From Prasinococcaceae sp. CCMP 1430 (lineage: Eukaryota > Plantae > Prasinodermophyta), in assembly GCA_013416795.1 (NCBI GenBank), contig RQSC01000019.1:126701-190700 (forward strand): DNA of 64,000 nt. Reading direction: 5' to 3'. Under the pieces are notes generated by a model. It did no database searches and had not been told where the DNA came from. It saw nothing but the letters and a program-made list of their open reading frames with translations. Of the stretch, positions 20,679 to 31,203 are shown piece by piece. Every line of letters starts with the position of its first letter. Position 1 is the stretch's first letter. Position numbers and translations under genes: made by a program.

Positions 20679-22319
20679 GCGCTCGCGGCGTCGCTGAAGA
20701 AGGTGCCCCCGGCGCTGCTGCCGCAGCTCATGAAGTACGTGGGCGACGGCGGGATGGAGGAGCTGGACCCGGCGGCGGTCGGGCTCGCGCGGTGGCGGTC
20801 GGCGCTCTCGCGCGGCCACCTGCCCGACGTGAAGGCCGTCGAGTGGCCCGACGAGCCCTTCCTGTCGACGTGGACCGAGGCGCTGCTCGAGCTCAACATG
20901 GCCCACTTCTGCGCGCGCCACCCGGCGCTCACGGACACGCTGCTCAACAACATGCTGGAGATCCTGCGCGTGTACGAGGCGCAGCAGGCGGAGGCCGAGG
21001 ACGGCGCGCCGCCGCCATCGGAGGGCGGCTCCTCGCCCGGCGCCGAGGCCGAGACCGGGAGCGCCGACGGCAAGGCCGCGCAGGAGATGGCCGAGCAGCT
21101 GCAGCAGGCGATGGCGGGCGCGACGGACGGCGAGGCGGGCGAGCAGGGGCAGGGTTCGGGGGAGGCGGGAGGCGGGACCAGCCTGGACGACATCGAGCTC
21201 TCGCTCGACGCGGAGCCAGGCGAGGGCAAGGGCACGCCCGCCGACGACGCGCAGTCGGCGCAGGAGCGCGAGGCGATGAAGCGCGAGCTCGCAGAGAAGC
21301 TCATGGACGAGTTCAAGGAGCAGTGGGAGCCCGCGGCAGAGAAGATGGAGGCGGCCGAGGAGGCGTTCGGCGAAGCCGACGTGCTTGAGCTCGGAGATTC
21401 CTCCGGCTTCGACCTGACGCAGGGCCTGTGGCAGCAGAGCGGCTGGAACGAGCTGCAGAAGCTCAGCAAGAAGCTCGAGGACCTCAAGGAGCTTCGCGAC
21501 CTCGTGCGCACGCTCGGGCGCGGCTCGGGCATGGGGCCGCTCAAGCGCGCGCCCGCGCAGGTGGAGCGCGCGCACGCGCCGATGGGCGTGGTGCGGTCGG
21601 CGCTCGAGCCGCTGGAGACGCGCGGCCTCACGCGCACCGACGACGTCAGCCGCATGCTGCCCGCCGAGGCGCAGCTGCTCGCTGACGGCGGGCGCGGCAC
21701 GCGGCTGCTCTTCCACGCGCGGCGGCACGAGCGCATGCTGACGAGCTACGATATGTCGGGTTGGGCAGAGGAGCGCGCCAAGACGCTCTCGCGCACGGAG
21801 GTGCGCCCGAGCCAGGACAAGGGCCCGATCATCGCGTGCCTCGACACCTCGGCCTCGATGCACGGCGGACGCGAGATCGTCGCCAAGGCGCTCGCGCTCG
21901 AGTGCATGCGGCAGGCGCACCGCGAGGACCGCGCGTGCTTCCTGTACGGGTTCAGCGGCCCGGGCGACGTGATGGAGCTCGAGCTCACCACCGATCGCGG
22001 CGGCCTCGAGCGCCTGCTGCAATTCCTCGCGAACTCGTTCCTCGGAGGCACGAACTTCGACGAGCCGCTGCGGCGGTCGATCGTGCGCCTCGGCGAGGAG
22101 GAGTGGCAGAACGCTGACATGCTGGTCGTATCGGACGGCGAGATGCCGCCCGTGGACGAAGATCTCGCCGCCATGCTCGACATCCTGAAGGAGGACCAGG
22201 AGCTCAAGGTGCACTCGCTCATCGTGAGCGACTCGTCGACGGGAGCGCTGGAGGCGATCAGCACCGACACCCACACCTTCTCCGCGTGGGACAAGGTGGG
22301 CGGCGAGCGACCCTACTGA
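20679..22319 (+). CDS. VWA-domain protein, ViaA/YieM-like
   Basis: C-terminal VWA domain with MIDAS residues: KGPIIACLDTSASM, FLGGTNFDEPL, DMLVVSDGE. 20679 is a probable splice acceptor; the start lies further upstream (about 20530) and is unresolved. Confidence 0.8.
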   Translation, partial: ALAASLKKVPPALLPQLMKYVGDGGMEELDPAAVGLARWRSALSRGHLPDVKAVEWPDEPFLSTWTEALLELNMAHFCARHPALTDTLLNNMLEILRVYEAQQAEAEDGAPPPSEGGSSPGAEAETGSADGKAAQEMAEQLQQAMAGATDGEAGEQGQGSGEAGGGTSLDDIELSLDAEPGEGKGTPADDAQSAQEREAMKRELAEKLMDEFKEQWEPAAEKMEAAEEAFGEADVLELGDSSGFDLTQGLWQQSGWNELQKLSKKLEDLKELRDLVRTLGRGSGMGPLKRAPAQVERAHAPMGVVRSALEPLETRGLTRTDDVSRMLPAEAQLLADGGRGTRLLFHARRHERMLTSYDMSGWAEERAKTLSRTEVRPSQDKGPIIACLDTSASMHGGREIVAKALALECMRQAHREDRACFLYGFSGPGDVMELELTTDRGGLERLLQFLANSFLGGTNFDEPLRRSIVRLGEEEWQNADMLVVSDGEMPPVDEDLAAMLDILKEDQELKVHSLIVSDSSTGALEAISTDTHTFSAWDKVGGERPY

Positions 22320-22762
22320 GGCGGCTCGGTTCGCGGCCGGGCGCCGCACTCCCCCCCACACACACACACGGAAACCGCGCGAGCCCCCGAGAGCCGAGCG
22401 CCCCCGAGCCCCACGCGCGGACGCGCGGCCGGGCCGCCCTGTTTGTACACAGCAAATTTGCCATCTTTACAGAGCGCGAGTCCAACCCCGGCCATCCCCA
22501 GGCCACCACGGGTGTGTCGTTGCGCAGCCTCTGCGCCGCGCGCGGACGGGGGCGTGGGGAAGGGGGGCGCGCACGCGCGCGCGCCTTGGGGAGTGCGGGG
22601 AGGCGCGCGGGGCGATGAGTGGGCGGTCGGGCGCGGTGCCGCGCGCACCGCCGTGCATTGCTTCGTCGCGCATTGCTCTTCCACAGCGGGCGCGGGCGCG
22701 CCTGCTGCGCAGCCCCAGAGCAGAGCCTTCGGGCGCGAGGCGGGGTACCCCCGCGCGCGGCG

Positions 22763-23104
22763 TCACCGCACAATCACGTCACCGTTGGCAATTGCCACAG
22801 GCTCGGTCGAGCTCACGCTCCGCGCACCCTCGCTGGCCGCGCACGCCCGCAGGCCGCCGTCGGCGCTCTCCTCCAGGAACTCCTCGGCGGTGTCGCCGTC
22901 GGCGTCGACGCGAAGCAGCCTCATGAACCATCCGAGGCCCTGCACGCCCGCCGGCGTGCGATAGCCCGGCGAGTTCAGCACCGGCGTCCGTTCCACCGCC
23001 ACCGCCTTCTGCACGGCGAAGCCCCCACCCGCGCCGCCGCCGCCGCCCCCCTCGCCCTCGGGCGCCGGCTCGCCCGTGAACCACCGCTTGATCGCCCCGA
23101 ACAT
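22763..23104 (-). CDS. Small protein with TUSC2/FUS1-like motif
   Basis: 113 aa from the ATG at 23104. GVQGLGWFMRLLRVDADGDTAEEFLEE resembles the DEDGDLAHEFYEE motif of TUSC2 and of plant homologues (recalled, not searched). Confidence 0.6.
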   Translation of the reverse strand: MFGAIKRWFTGEPAPEGEGGGGGGAGGGFAVQKAVAVERTPVLNSPGYRTPAGVQGLGWFMRLLRVDADGDTAEEFLEESADGGLRACAASEGARSVSSTEPVAIANGDVIVR

Positions 23105-23369
23105 CCTCCCCGCTCGGGCGGCGCCCCCCGCCCCGCTCCGCCTCCCTTACCGAGCGCGGGCGCTGCCGCCCGCGCCGCCCGCGCTGTGGCGCTGTGCCGA
23201 TGGCGCGCGCGCCGCGCGCGCCACACCCCTAACTCTCATCGGGGACATTTGAGGTAGGGTTCATAATCCATTGCGTTTTTGACGGGGGTACTCTGCATCC
23301 GTTTTGATGGCGCGTGCTGCCAAGCCCCGAACTCTCGCCTGCGAGTAGATTTTTAGGGTAGGGTTCGTG

Positions 23370-26300
23370 ATGACATGCGTTTTGACGGCCGTGATTGGCA
23401 TGCGTTTTGATGGCGTGCGCTGCGGCAGGCGCGCTTGCGGAGCGCCGCCGCCGGCCGCGGCGCCACAGCTGGCGCGCGGCAGAGGGGCGCGTGGGGGGAT
23501 CGGCGGCGGCGGTGGGGGGACGGGCGGCGCGACGTTCCTCACGCGGCGCGCGCCGGACGCGGGGCCGCGCACGTACCTCATCCGGAGGGGCGACACGCTC
23601 TACACGCTCGCGCGGAAGAACACGACCACCATCAAGGCACGCGCGCCATGCCGCTGCGCGCCCGCCTCGCGCGAGCCACCCCCCCGCACATCCCGCTCCC
23701 GCCCGCGACGGACAGCACCGTGCTCGCACCGCGGCTCGAGCCCCTCACTCGCCTCCCGCGCCCGCGCCGGAGCGCACTCGGGAAAACGGGGATGGAGAGA
23801 GATTGGGAAAATGTGCAAGGGGCGCATGCGGAGCTGCAGGCGACGCCCTCGCGGGCGGCACGCCCGCGCCAGCGCCAGCGCCTGCCGCGACGGGGGCGGC
23901 GTGCTCCTGCGCCCACCCGCCCGTGCGCCCCCGCGCGCGCGCGCGCGCGCGCGCGTTGCCGCGTTTCAAACCGCACGAGAAGATTCTCAGCGCAGAGTCT
24001 CCTTCTTATTACATCAAAAGCCGCGCGAACGGTCACCCGGGAGGTTCGGGTTTGAATTCAAAATGGAGGTCAAATGTGTTTGTCTGGTTTGGGGTTTTAT
24101 ATCAGGGTATATTTTTGAGGGCGCTCGACGCGTTCGAACGATGCGCGCTGGCGCTCCTGTGGGGGCGACGGAGGCGCCGGGCGGCGCGTGCGCGCGCCGC
24201 CGCAGCAGCTGCAGCCGCTACATTCCGTTGCTCGCGGTCGCCGCGGTGCGCGCTCTGACGGCCCGCGCATCCGCCGCACTCTCCCGCGTGCGCGCGCGCG
24301 CGCTGCGCAGGCGATCTCGACGCTGAACGAAATCGCCAATGTGGACCTCATCTACGCGGACTCGACCATCGACATGCCCGAGCCGGACCCGACGATCAAG
24401 CACGCGCGCAAGGCGGCGCGGCTGCCGCCGTGGCTGCGGTCGATCGCGAGGCCCATCGCGCGGCCGCTGTCGACGCTGCGGCGGCAGGCAGAGGCGGCGG
24501 GCAGGTGCGCGGGCGGTGGCGGACAGGCGGTGCTCAACGGCGCCAAGGGCGCTGCGCAGAAGGTGCTCTCGATCATGCCTACCAATCAGCGCCGCGCAGC
24601 GCACACCCCCTCGGGCGCCTTCGATGTAGGGGACGCCATCGGCGAGGTGCTGCATGGTTGCGCCATGCAGCTCGCGAAGGCGCGCGTGGCACTCGTGGCA
24701 CTAGTCGCCGCGTCACTCCGCGCCGCCGCTGATCCGCTCGAGCTGCTGAAGTCGGCGGGCGACGACGCGATGCGCGCGCTGCAGCAGCAGGTCTTTCAGG
24801 GCCCGGGCGATGTGCAGCGCCACCCCTGGGGTGCTGGGCGTGCAGGTCCGGGCGCGGCTGCGGGCGACGACGCGATATCAGATGCCGACGCGCGCCGTTT
24901 GCTCGAGACGCTGCTCTCGCCGGCCAGACCTGTCGATGGCGGCGACAGCAGCGCCGCGCCGGTGTTTGCGACCGTCTTCGATGATGTGGGCCCCGCAGAG
25001 CCCGGTGAGAAGGCGTTCCGCGTGACGCGCACGGGCACCGTCACGAGCGTATGGGCAACGGTTGCGCCGGCGAGCATCGAGGCGAGCGGGTTGCTGCCTC
25101 TGCCCAAGCAGCAGCGGCGGCGGCGATGGTTGCGCGGCCGCGGCGAGAAGCTGCCCTCTGCTGATGCGAGCGCCGTGGCGGAGCCCACCGGTGGCACCGA
25201 CCCATCATCGACGGGGGCAGAGGAGATGGAGCAAATTGCTGGCGGCCCTAGAGCGCCGCAGCCGTCGAGCCAGCGGGACGCGAACGCGCGTAGTGGCAGG
25301 GGCCATAGTGGGACGCCGGCGCTGTCGCAGAGCCATGGCCACGGTCACCGCGCGCTCGTGTCTGCACGCACAGCTGGCGGCGTTCCTGCCGAGGTCGTGA
25401 TTCCTGCTGGCAGGGTCAAGGAGCTTTTGGCCAAGTACGCGGAGTCCGTCAACGCCGCGACTCCGCATGCTGTCCGCGCGGCAGCTCTGTCGAAGTCGCG
25501 GGGCAGCAGCGCCGCCGTGGAGGCCAAGATCGTCATCAAGTCGGCGAGGAAAGGGCACGGTGGCTTCGTTCAATCTGCGAGCCTCTCCATCGTGCCGACG
25601 GCCGACCGCGCGAGCTCCGCCTACCGCAGCCGAACGAACGCCGAGGCTATCGTTGTGCAAGTGCGGAAAATCCTCAGCCGTGGCGGCGACGCCGTCGCTG
25701 TACCGGCGCTCACTGGCCCGCTGGATCCCATCGAGGCACTTGGACGCTCGGAGATGTCGCTCGCTCTTCCCAGTGAACGTTTGTTGGCGCAGCCCCTCGC
25801 AGCTTCTATGCTCGTATCCTTGCTCGGCAGCGGCGCTGGCATCGGCCAGGTGCGCGGGAGCGGAAGCCTCGAGAGCCCTACCCGACTTCCATTGCAGCCG
25901 ATGCACGTCCCGAGCGACGAAGGCCCAGCGCTCACGTCGCCGGTGTCGGCCGCGCTGGTGCCCGCGCTCGCGCCGCGGAGGATTCTCCACACAGCTCAGG
26001 CTAGCAGCGCGGGCGAACGCAGCGAGGAAGTGTCCGGCACGACGCCTTTCAGGCCTCTCGGTGCTGCGGCGCTGCTCGGAACGCCATCCGCGGCGGCGGC
26101 AGTCAGGCCTCGTGGAGTGGTCCGCATCTCCTCATTCCCGTCGCCAGCCGGCGCTTCGGCCACGGCTTCGCTGCTCGAGGCGGCCGGCGATGAGATGGGC
26201 CGGTCTGTGCTGGCTGCTCAGCCCATTCCTCGCACGTACTTCGGCATGCGCAAGCGGGTGTACGCCGACCCCAGCGATTTGGAGAATCTCGACCCCAACA

Positions 26301-26656
26301 AAGCCAGCTCCGCAGATGATGCGAAAAAGAGCCGCGGTATGCAGCCGCGCCGTGCGGCGGAAGCCCCGGTCGATGCATCCGCCGCGGCGGGGCCGGTGTA
26401 TGTCAATAGTGCCGAGGCGGTCAGTGTCGTAAGCGGCTCGTGCGTCGCCGACAGCGAAGACGACAGCGAACTCGAGCACGACGCCGAGTCGCACTTGATG
26501 GGAGCGCCCGCCGAGCTGACGGCGCCGAAGACCGCTTCCAAGGCCGGCGCGGCGCTCGCCACGAAGAGCGGGAGGAGGAGCAAGAAGAAGCGCGGTCTCT
26601 TCGCACGCATATGCGTGTGCGGGAAGCCGTCTGCGGACGCCGACAGCGATGACTGA
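23370..26656 (+). CDS. LysM-domain protein with a long low-complexity C-terminal region (2 exons)
   Basis: TYLIRRGDTLYTLARKNTTTIK (exon ends at 23636) joined to AISTLNEIANVDLIYADSTIDMP (exon starts at 24311) gives one complete LysM consensus. The ORF continues to 26656. Start ATG is 23370 or 23400. Confidence 0.75.
23374..23412 (+). promoter_or_regulatory. Tandem CATGCGTTTTGAYG motifs at a divergent gene junction
   Basis: catgcgttttgacg 23374-23387 and catgcgttttgatg 23399-23412. Related copies lie near other gene 5' ends (see findings). Confidence 0.45.
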
Positions 26657-26743
26657 ACGGTGGCAGCGGGCTACCGAGCAAATGCGAGAATCCCCAGTGA
26701 CTACCAACAATCCCCCTTCCCCCACCCACCCCCCACCCACCCC

Positions 26744-26863
26744 CCACCCACCCTTCCCTGCCAATTTTGCGAACAAGAAAGTGAGCTGCGCGCGGGCCTG
26801 CGCACCGACACCCCCGCCCTCCACCCACCCTTCCCTGCCAATTTTGCGAACAAGAAAGTGAGC
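26744..26863. repeat. 43-bp direct repeat, two copies separated by 34 bp
   Basis: ccacccacccttccctgccaattttgcgaacaagaaagtgagc at 26744-26786 and 26821-26863, in the 3' region of the LysM gene. Confidence 0.9.
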
Positions 26864-27078
26864 GCGCACTGCACGGTAAAATAACGAGTACATGTACGAA
26901 CGCGAGCGTGCGAGGAAACCGCTTCGCGCGCTTGGCTTCTACATCATCGTCCGCCTTGTATCCGGCACTCTTTGACCCTTCCACGGCTGCACATTGATCA
27001 TTGCCTAGGTCGGTGGTCTCTTCGTTCGTAGATATTGGAGGGCTCTCTTCGCTGCGCCACGCCGTAGCGTGGGCATCC

Positions 27079-29544
27079 CTACTGCACGTCTGACATCACC
27101 ACGGGGGGCGCACGCGCGCTTGTGCGCGCGCACTTAGCAGGCGAGGGGTCCGGCGAGGGCGACGCGACCGCTGCAGCGCCGTGCGGGCCGAGAAGAATGC
27201 TCTCCGCGCTCCTGACGAGGTTTGCGTGCGCCTCGCGAATGCGCTCGCGCGCTGCCCTTTCGGCGCTGCGACGAGCGGCCTTGGCCTCCCGCGTGCCTGC
27301 AGTGCGGAGCGATTCCAATTCTTCGTCCTTGAGCGCCAACTGGCGCGCGAAGTCCGCTGCAGCGCTTGTAGCTTGTTCGCGTGCTTCGGTAGCCTCGCGA
27401 GCGGAGTCCGCCGCGGCCGCTTCGGCGGCACTGAGCTGTTCGCACACGTTTTCAAGCTCGTCCGTCAGCTCGTCCATCATGGATTGGCTCTCATTGAGCT
27501 CCGCGCGCTGCTCTTCCGTGCGCGCCTCAAGCGCAGCTATGGCGGTGGCGCTGCGCTCCGCGTCTGCAGCCGCGATGTCCACAGCGCTCTCATATTCGGC
27601 CGTCGCCTCGCGCCGCGCCGACTCGGCGCGCTGAGTCGCCTCTCGCTGCTGTGCAAGCTCGGAGGCGAGGCGCTTCAAGTCCCGCTTCATATCAGCGCGC
27701 TCGAGCTCCGACGAATCCATGGCGTTGGCGAGCATGTCCAAGAAAGCGGGCAGCGAGTCAACCTGTGTAGTCGTGCTTCCTTCTTCGTTGTTGTCCAGGC
27801 CTTGCCACCACGTGCGTAGCTCTTCGAAGTCGGCATGCCACTTCGCCAGCTGCCCGCGCAGGTCTGCTACCATCGCGTCAATGCTCTCGTGGATACCCAG
27901 CAGTTGCGCCTTGGTCGCGGCATCGCACGGCAGAGCATACCCAGCGAAGACGCCATGTTTGTGCGGAGCAGCCGGCTCAGCACTGATGTGAGAAGGATGA
28001 GGTCGCTTGAGACCGCCCGCGCCCGCCGTGCAGCCAAGCGAGGCGCCGGGAGCCGCTGCACCATCGGACACATGTCCAACGGCGGCTGCAGGACGGCTCA
28101 CAGCGCTCCCACTGATATCGTGCGCATATTCGGCACCGTGCGAGTGGGGTCGCGAGTTGTGAGGGGGCAGCGAGCTCGCGTCTTTGGGGCGCGAATCACC
28201 ATCGCAGCGGTTGTGCCTTAGCTGCTTGACCATAAGCTTCGAGTGGGCAGCTAGTGCCCCCTCCCCGGCACCGTCAGTAGTACCAAGGCTTAGGTTTGTC
28301 ACGTCGCAAAACAGCGCTTGCAACTCCTCATCTTCGGTGTCCATCCCTTCCTTTGGAATTTCGGCGGCATCGTCGGAATGATACTGGGACGGGCGATGGG
28401 CGTGATGGATCGCTGGCTTGGCCACCGTCACGGTGGGCGACGTCGACGGCGTCGGAGCATACACGGGGTTGTCGATCGCGAGATTTTCGGCTGCGCCGGA
28501 CTGCGTAGCACCAGGGATCATCGCAGCGGCTTCGCCGTCACCAGCAACGCCGGCGATCCCGTACTGTTCGCCATCGCCCACCGTACTGGTGCTTGCTGGT
28601 GCGGGCGAGCAGAGCGTCGACCGTGACTCGCTTGACAGCGTCTCGTCGCAGCTCTGCACATCATCTACATAGCACTCGTCGTCGGCGCCGCCGGCAGTTG
28701 CCAGCAACGATGAGAACAAGCTGCCGTCGCTGTAGGCAGTTGCGTTCGTAAGATCCTCATAGCTGAGGCTCGTGTCCGCACGCCTATGACGATGTCCTGC
28801 TCGCTGGCTGCCGCGCTCGCTTTCGACGCCCGAGGCGGCGTCGATGACACCGAAGTCAACTTCGCGATAGTCGCCAGAAACGGGATCGTACGTGCAAGCT
28901 GTGGTGTCCGCTTTGCCATCAGCCTGCACCGGCAGCGCGCCGCCATCCCCGCCAGACGCACTGTCGAAGATGTGGTCGTCAAAAAGCCTGTTCAGAGGAA
29001 GCGGCGGCACCGCTGGTGGGCGCTCCACTTCGACGATGTGTGGCGCGACCACATCACCACTTTCGCCATCCAAACCATCGGTGCCGTGAGCAACGGGCGC
29101 GCGACGCCCGGCGCCCGCCGACGAACGCGGGCGAGGCGCGCGACTCCCCGTGGCTGCGTCATCGTCAAGGGCACGCGTGGCGCGCTCGCGCTGTGGTACC
29201 GCCGCCACGACAGATAGGCGCTTGTGGCGCACGCGTACGACCGAATCCTCCCATTCGAGCGCAGGCGTCGAGCGCTGCGTGGCCGAGTCGGCGTCCGCTG
29301 CGGTGCTTCCGACGACCGTCGCGTACGTCTTTGCCGAACCTTCAGCTCCTTCCCCCTCGACCCCGACGGGCGCACATTTCCCACCACCCGCCTCGATGGT
29401 AGTAACACCGGCGTCTCGGCCGCGTCTGAACTCATCCGCGGGCGCGCTGCCAGCCCCGCTCTCGGCTCCCCTGGTAACAGCCTCCCAGCGTGGTGGGTCG
29501 GCTGAGACGTTGCTGCCGCCCGCAGCAGCCTGAAGCAGCGCCAT
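27079..29544 (-). CDS. Uncharacterised protein, disordered N-terminus and C-terminal coiled coil
   Basis: 821-aa ATG-initiated ORF; heptad-like E/A/R/L-rich region (ELERADMKRDLKRLASELAQQRE...); no recognisable catalytic motif. Confidence 0.7.
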   Translation of the reverse strand: MALLQAAAGGSNVSADPPRWEAVTRGAESGAGSAPADEFRRGRDAGVTTIEAGGGKCAPVGVEGEGAEGSAKTYATVVGSTAADADSATQRSTPALEWEDSVVRVRHKRLSVVAAVPQRERATRALDDDAATGSRAPRPRSSAGAGRRAPVAHGTDGLDGESGDVVAPHIVEVERPPAVPPLPLNRLFDDHIFDSASGGDGGALPVQADGKADTTACTYDPVSGDYREVDFGVIDAASGVESERGSQRAGHRHRRADTSLSYEDLTNATAYSDGSLFSSLLATAGGADDECYVDDVQSCDETLSSESRSTLCSPAPASTSTVGDGEQYGIAGVAGDGEAAAMIPGATQSGAAENLAIDNPVYAPTPSTSPTVTVAKPAIHHAHRPSQYHSDDAAEIPKEGMDTEDEELQALFCDVTNLSLGTTDGAGEGALAAHSKLMVKQLRHNRCDGDSRPKDASSLPPHNSRPHSHGAEYAHDISGSAVSRPAAAVGHVSDGAAAPGASLGCTAGAGGLKRPHPSHISAEPAAPHKHGVFAGYALPCDAATKAQLLGIHESIDAMVADLRGQLAKWHADFEELRTWWQGLDNNEEGSTTTQVDSLPAFLDMLANAMDSSELERADMKRDLKRLASELAQQREATQRAESARREATAEYESAVDIAAADAERSATAIAALEARTEEQRAELNESQSMMDELTDELENVCEQLSAAEAAAADSAREATEAREQATSAAADFARQLALKDEELESLRTAGTREAKAARRSAERAARERIREAHANLVRSAESILLGPHGAAAVASPSPDPSPAKCARTSARAPPVVMSDVQ

Positions 29545-30062
29545 GTCGTGCGCCCGCCGCTGGATCGCTGACTCGAATCACTCGACACACCCGCACCGGC
29601 GACGATGGACGCACAGCGCGCGAGCGCGACGCGCGGGGTGCTGCTCCGCGCTGCACGTCTTGCGTGGCCCACAGCGGTGTGGCCGGCCACTCGCGCACGT
29701 TGACAAATTTCAAAAAAACTTTGCCGCCAACAGCCGACAGCGCCCTGCAGGGTCCCCGCGCTCCCCCGCCCGGCCGCGCGCCCCGAACGCACCCCTCCCT
29801 CAGCCCTTGCGCCGCCGCCGTAGGTCTGTCTGAACGGCCGCGCGAAGGCCCACGCGTGCGCCCCCCGCGCCGCTCGCGGTGTCGGTGTGGCGCGCGGCGC
29901 ACTCTGTCTGCTCGCGCGCGTTTCTCGCGCGTCCTGCATTTCTGTGGCGCTGCGCCACATCAAATCGAATGCGAAGGCGTTTTTGGCATTTGGCGTTTGG
30001 CATTTGCAGAGGCGTTGCGAGGCCGCGTGTGCGCTGGATGTACAAGAGCGTCACCGGTTTCT

Positions 30063-31097
30063 TTACTTCTTGGCGGTGGTGACGTTGAACTTGAAATTGA
30101 ATATGTCGCCGTCCTTGACGACGTAGGACTTGCCCTCCTGCCGGTACTTGCCGGCGGCCTTGACCTCCGCCATGGACGCCGCCGTGGAGTGCTTCTTGAA
30201 GTCCTCGTACGCGACGGTCTCCGCCTTGATGAAGCCCCGCTCGAAGTCTGTGTGGATGACGCCGGCCGCCTGTGGCGCGCACGCGCCGTTGTACACCGTC
30301 CACGCGCGCACTTCCTTCTCGCCCGCGGTGAAGAAGTATATGAGGTTGAGCTCCTTGTAGCCCAGTGTCACGGCCTTGGGGATGGAGGACTTGGCGCCCG
30401 CGTCCTCGAGGTCCTTGAGGCCCGCGGCATCGTTCGACTGCTTGAGGTCCCACACCTTCTCCTCGAACTCGACCGAGATGGGAATCATCGCGCTGTCGCC
30501 CTTCTCCTTGATCCAGGCGTGGATCTTGGCGAGCCACTTGTTCTTCTTGCGCAGGTAGTCCTTCTCGCTCAGGTTGACGAGGTAGATGCACGGCTTGGTC
30601 GTGATGAGCATGTGCAGCTTGTCCTTGATCATGGCCACGGCACTGTTGGACCACTCGGCGGCGCGGATGGGCTTGTTGGCCTCGAGGAGCTCCTTGCACT
30701 TGTCCATGGTCTCCGTGAAGACCGGCGACAGCTTCATCTTGGGGTTGCGGCGCACGGCGTCGTTCTCGGCGGCGACGGCACGCTCCAGCGCGTCGAGGTC
30801 TTTGGCGCACAGCTCGTGCTGGATGGTCTCCAGGTCGCGGATCGGGTCGACGCTGTCGTCAACGTGGAGCACCTCGTCGTTGTCGAAGGCACGCACCACG
30901 TGGAAGATGCCGTCGATCGCCTGAATGTGGCTCAGGAACGCGTTGCCCAGGCCCGCGCCCTCGGCGGCGCCCTTGACGAGGCCGGCGATGTCGGTCACGT
31001 GCAGGTAGGCGGGGATCTTCGAGGGCGGCTTGAACATCTCGCAGAGGTGGTCGAAGCGCTCATCGGGGACGGGGCAGCGCGCCTCGTTGGGATCGAT
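30063..31097 (-). CDS. OLA1: Obg-like ATPase OLA1/YchF (3' exon only; the 5' part with the P-loop is missing)
   Basis: IDPNEARCPVPDERF, DIAGLVKGAAEGAGLGNAFLSHI, FFTAGEKEVRAW, APQAAGVIHTDFERGFI, GKYRQEGKSYVVKDGDI. Acceptor at 31098; the upstream intron runs into the single n at 31203. Confidence 0.95.
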   Translation of the reverse strand: MDPNEARCPVPDERFDHLCEMFKPPSKIPAYLHVTDIAGLVKGAAEGAGLGNAFLSHIQAIDGIFHVVRAFDNDEVLHVDDSVDPIRDLETIQHELCAKDLDALERAVAAENDAVRRNPKMKLSPVFTETMDKCKELLEANKPIRAAEWSNSAVAMIKDKLHMLITTKPCIYLVNLSEKDYLRKKNKWLAKIHAWIKEKGDSAMIPISVEFEEKVWDLKQSNDAAGLKDLEDAGAKSSIPKAVTLGYKELNLIYFFTAGEKEVRAWTVYNGACAPQAAGVIHTDFERGFIKAETVAYEDFKKHSTAASMAEVKAAGKYRQEGKSYVVKDGDIFNFKFNVTTAKK

Positions 31098-31203
31098 CTG
31101 CGAGGGGCGGCACGCGCGTGCGCGCGGGTGCGGCAGGCGCGGGCGGTGGAGAGGGGGCGCAGCGGCGCTCGCGAGTCAGCGCCCCGGTCGCCTCCGGCCG
31201 GCN

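Noticed and set aside
26744-26863. CRISPR-like geometry (43-bp repeat, 34-bp spacer)
   Set aside because: Only two repeats, no palindrome typical of CRISPR repeats, no cas genes, eukaryotic context.
27700-27950. Formin FH2-like C-terminal pattern in the coiled-coil protein (FEELRTWWQG...FLDMLANAM)
   Set aside because: Similarity is vague and the rest of FH2 and any FH1 poly-Pro tract are absent; not supportable without a profile search.
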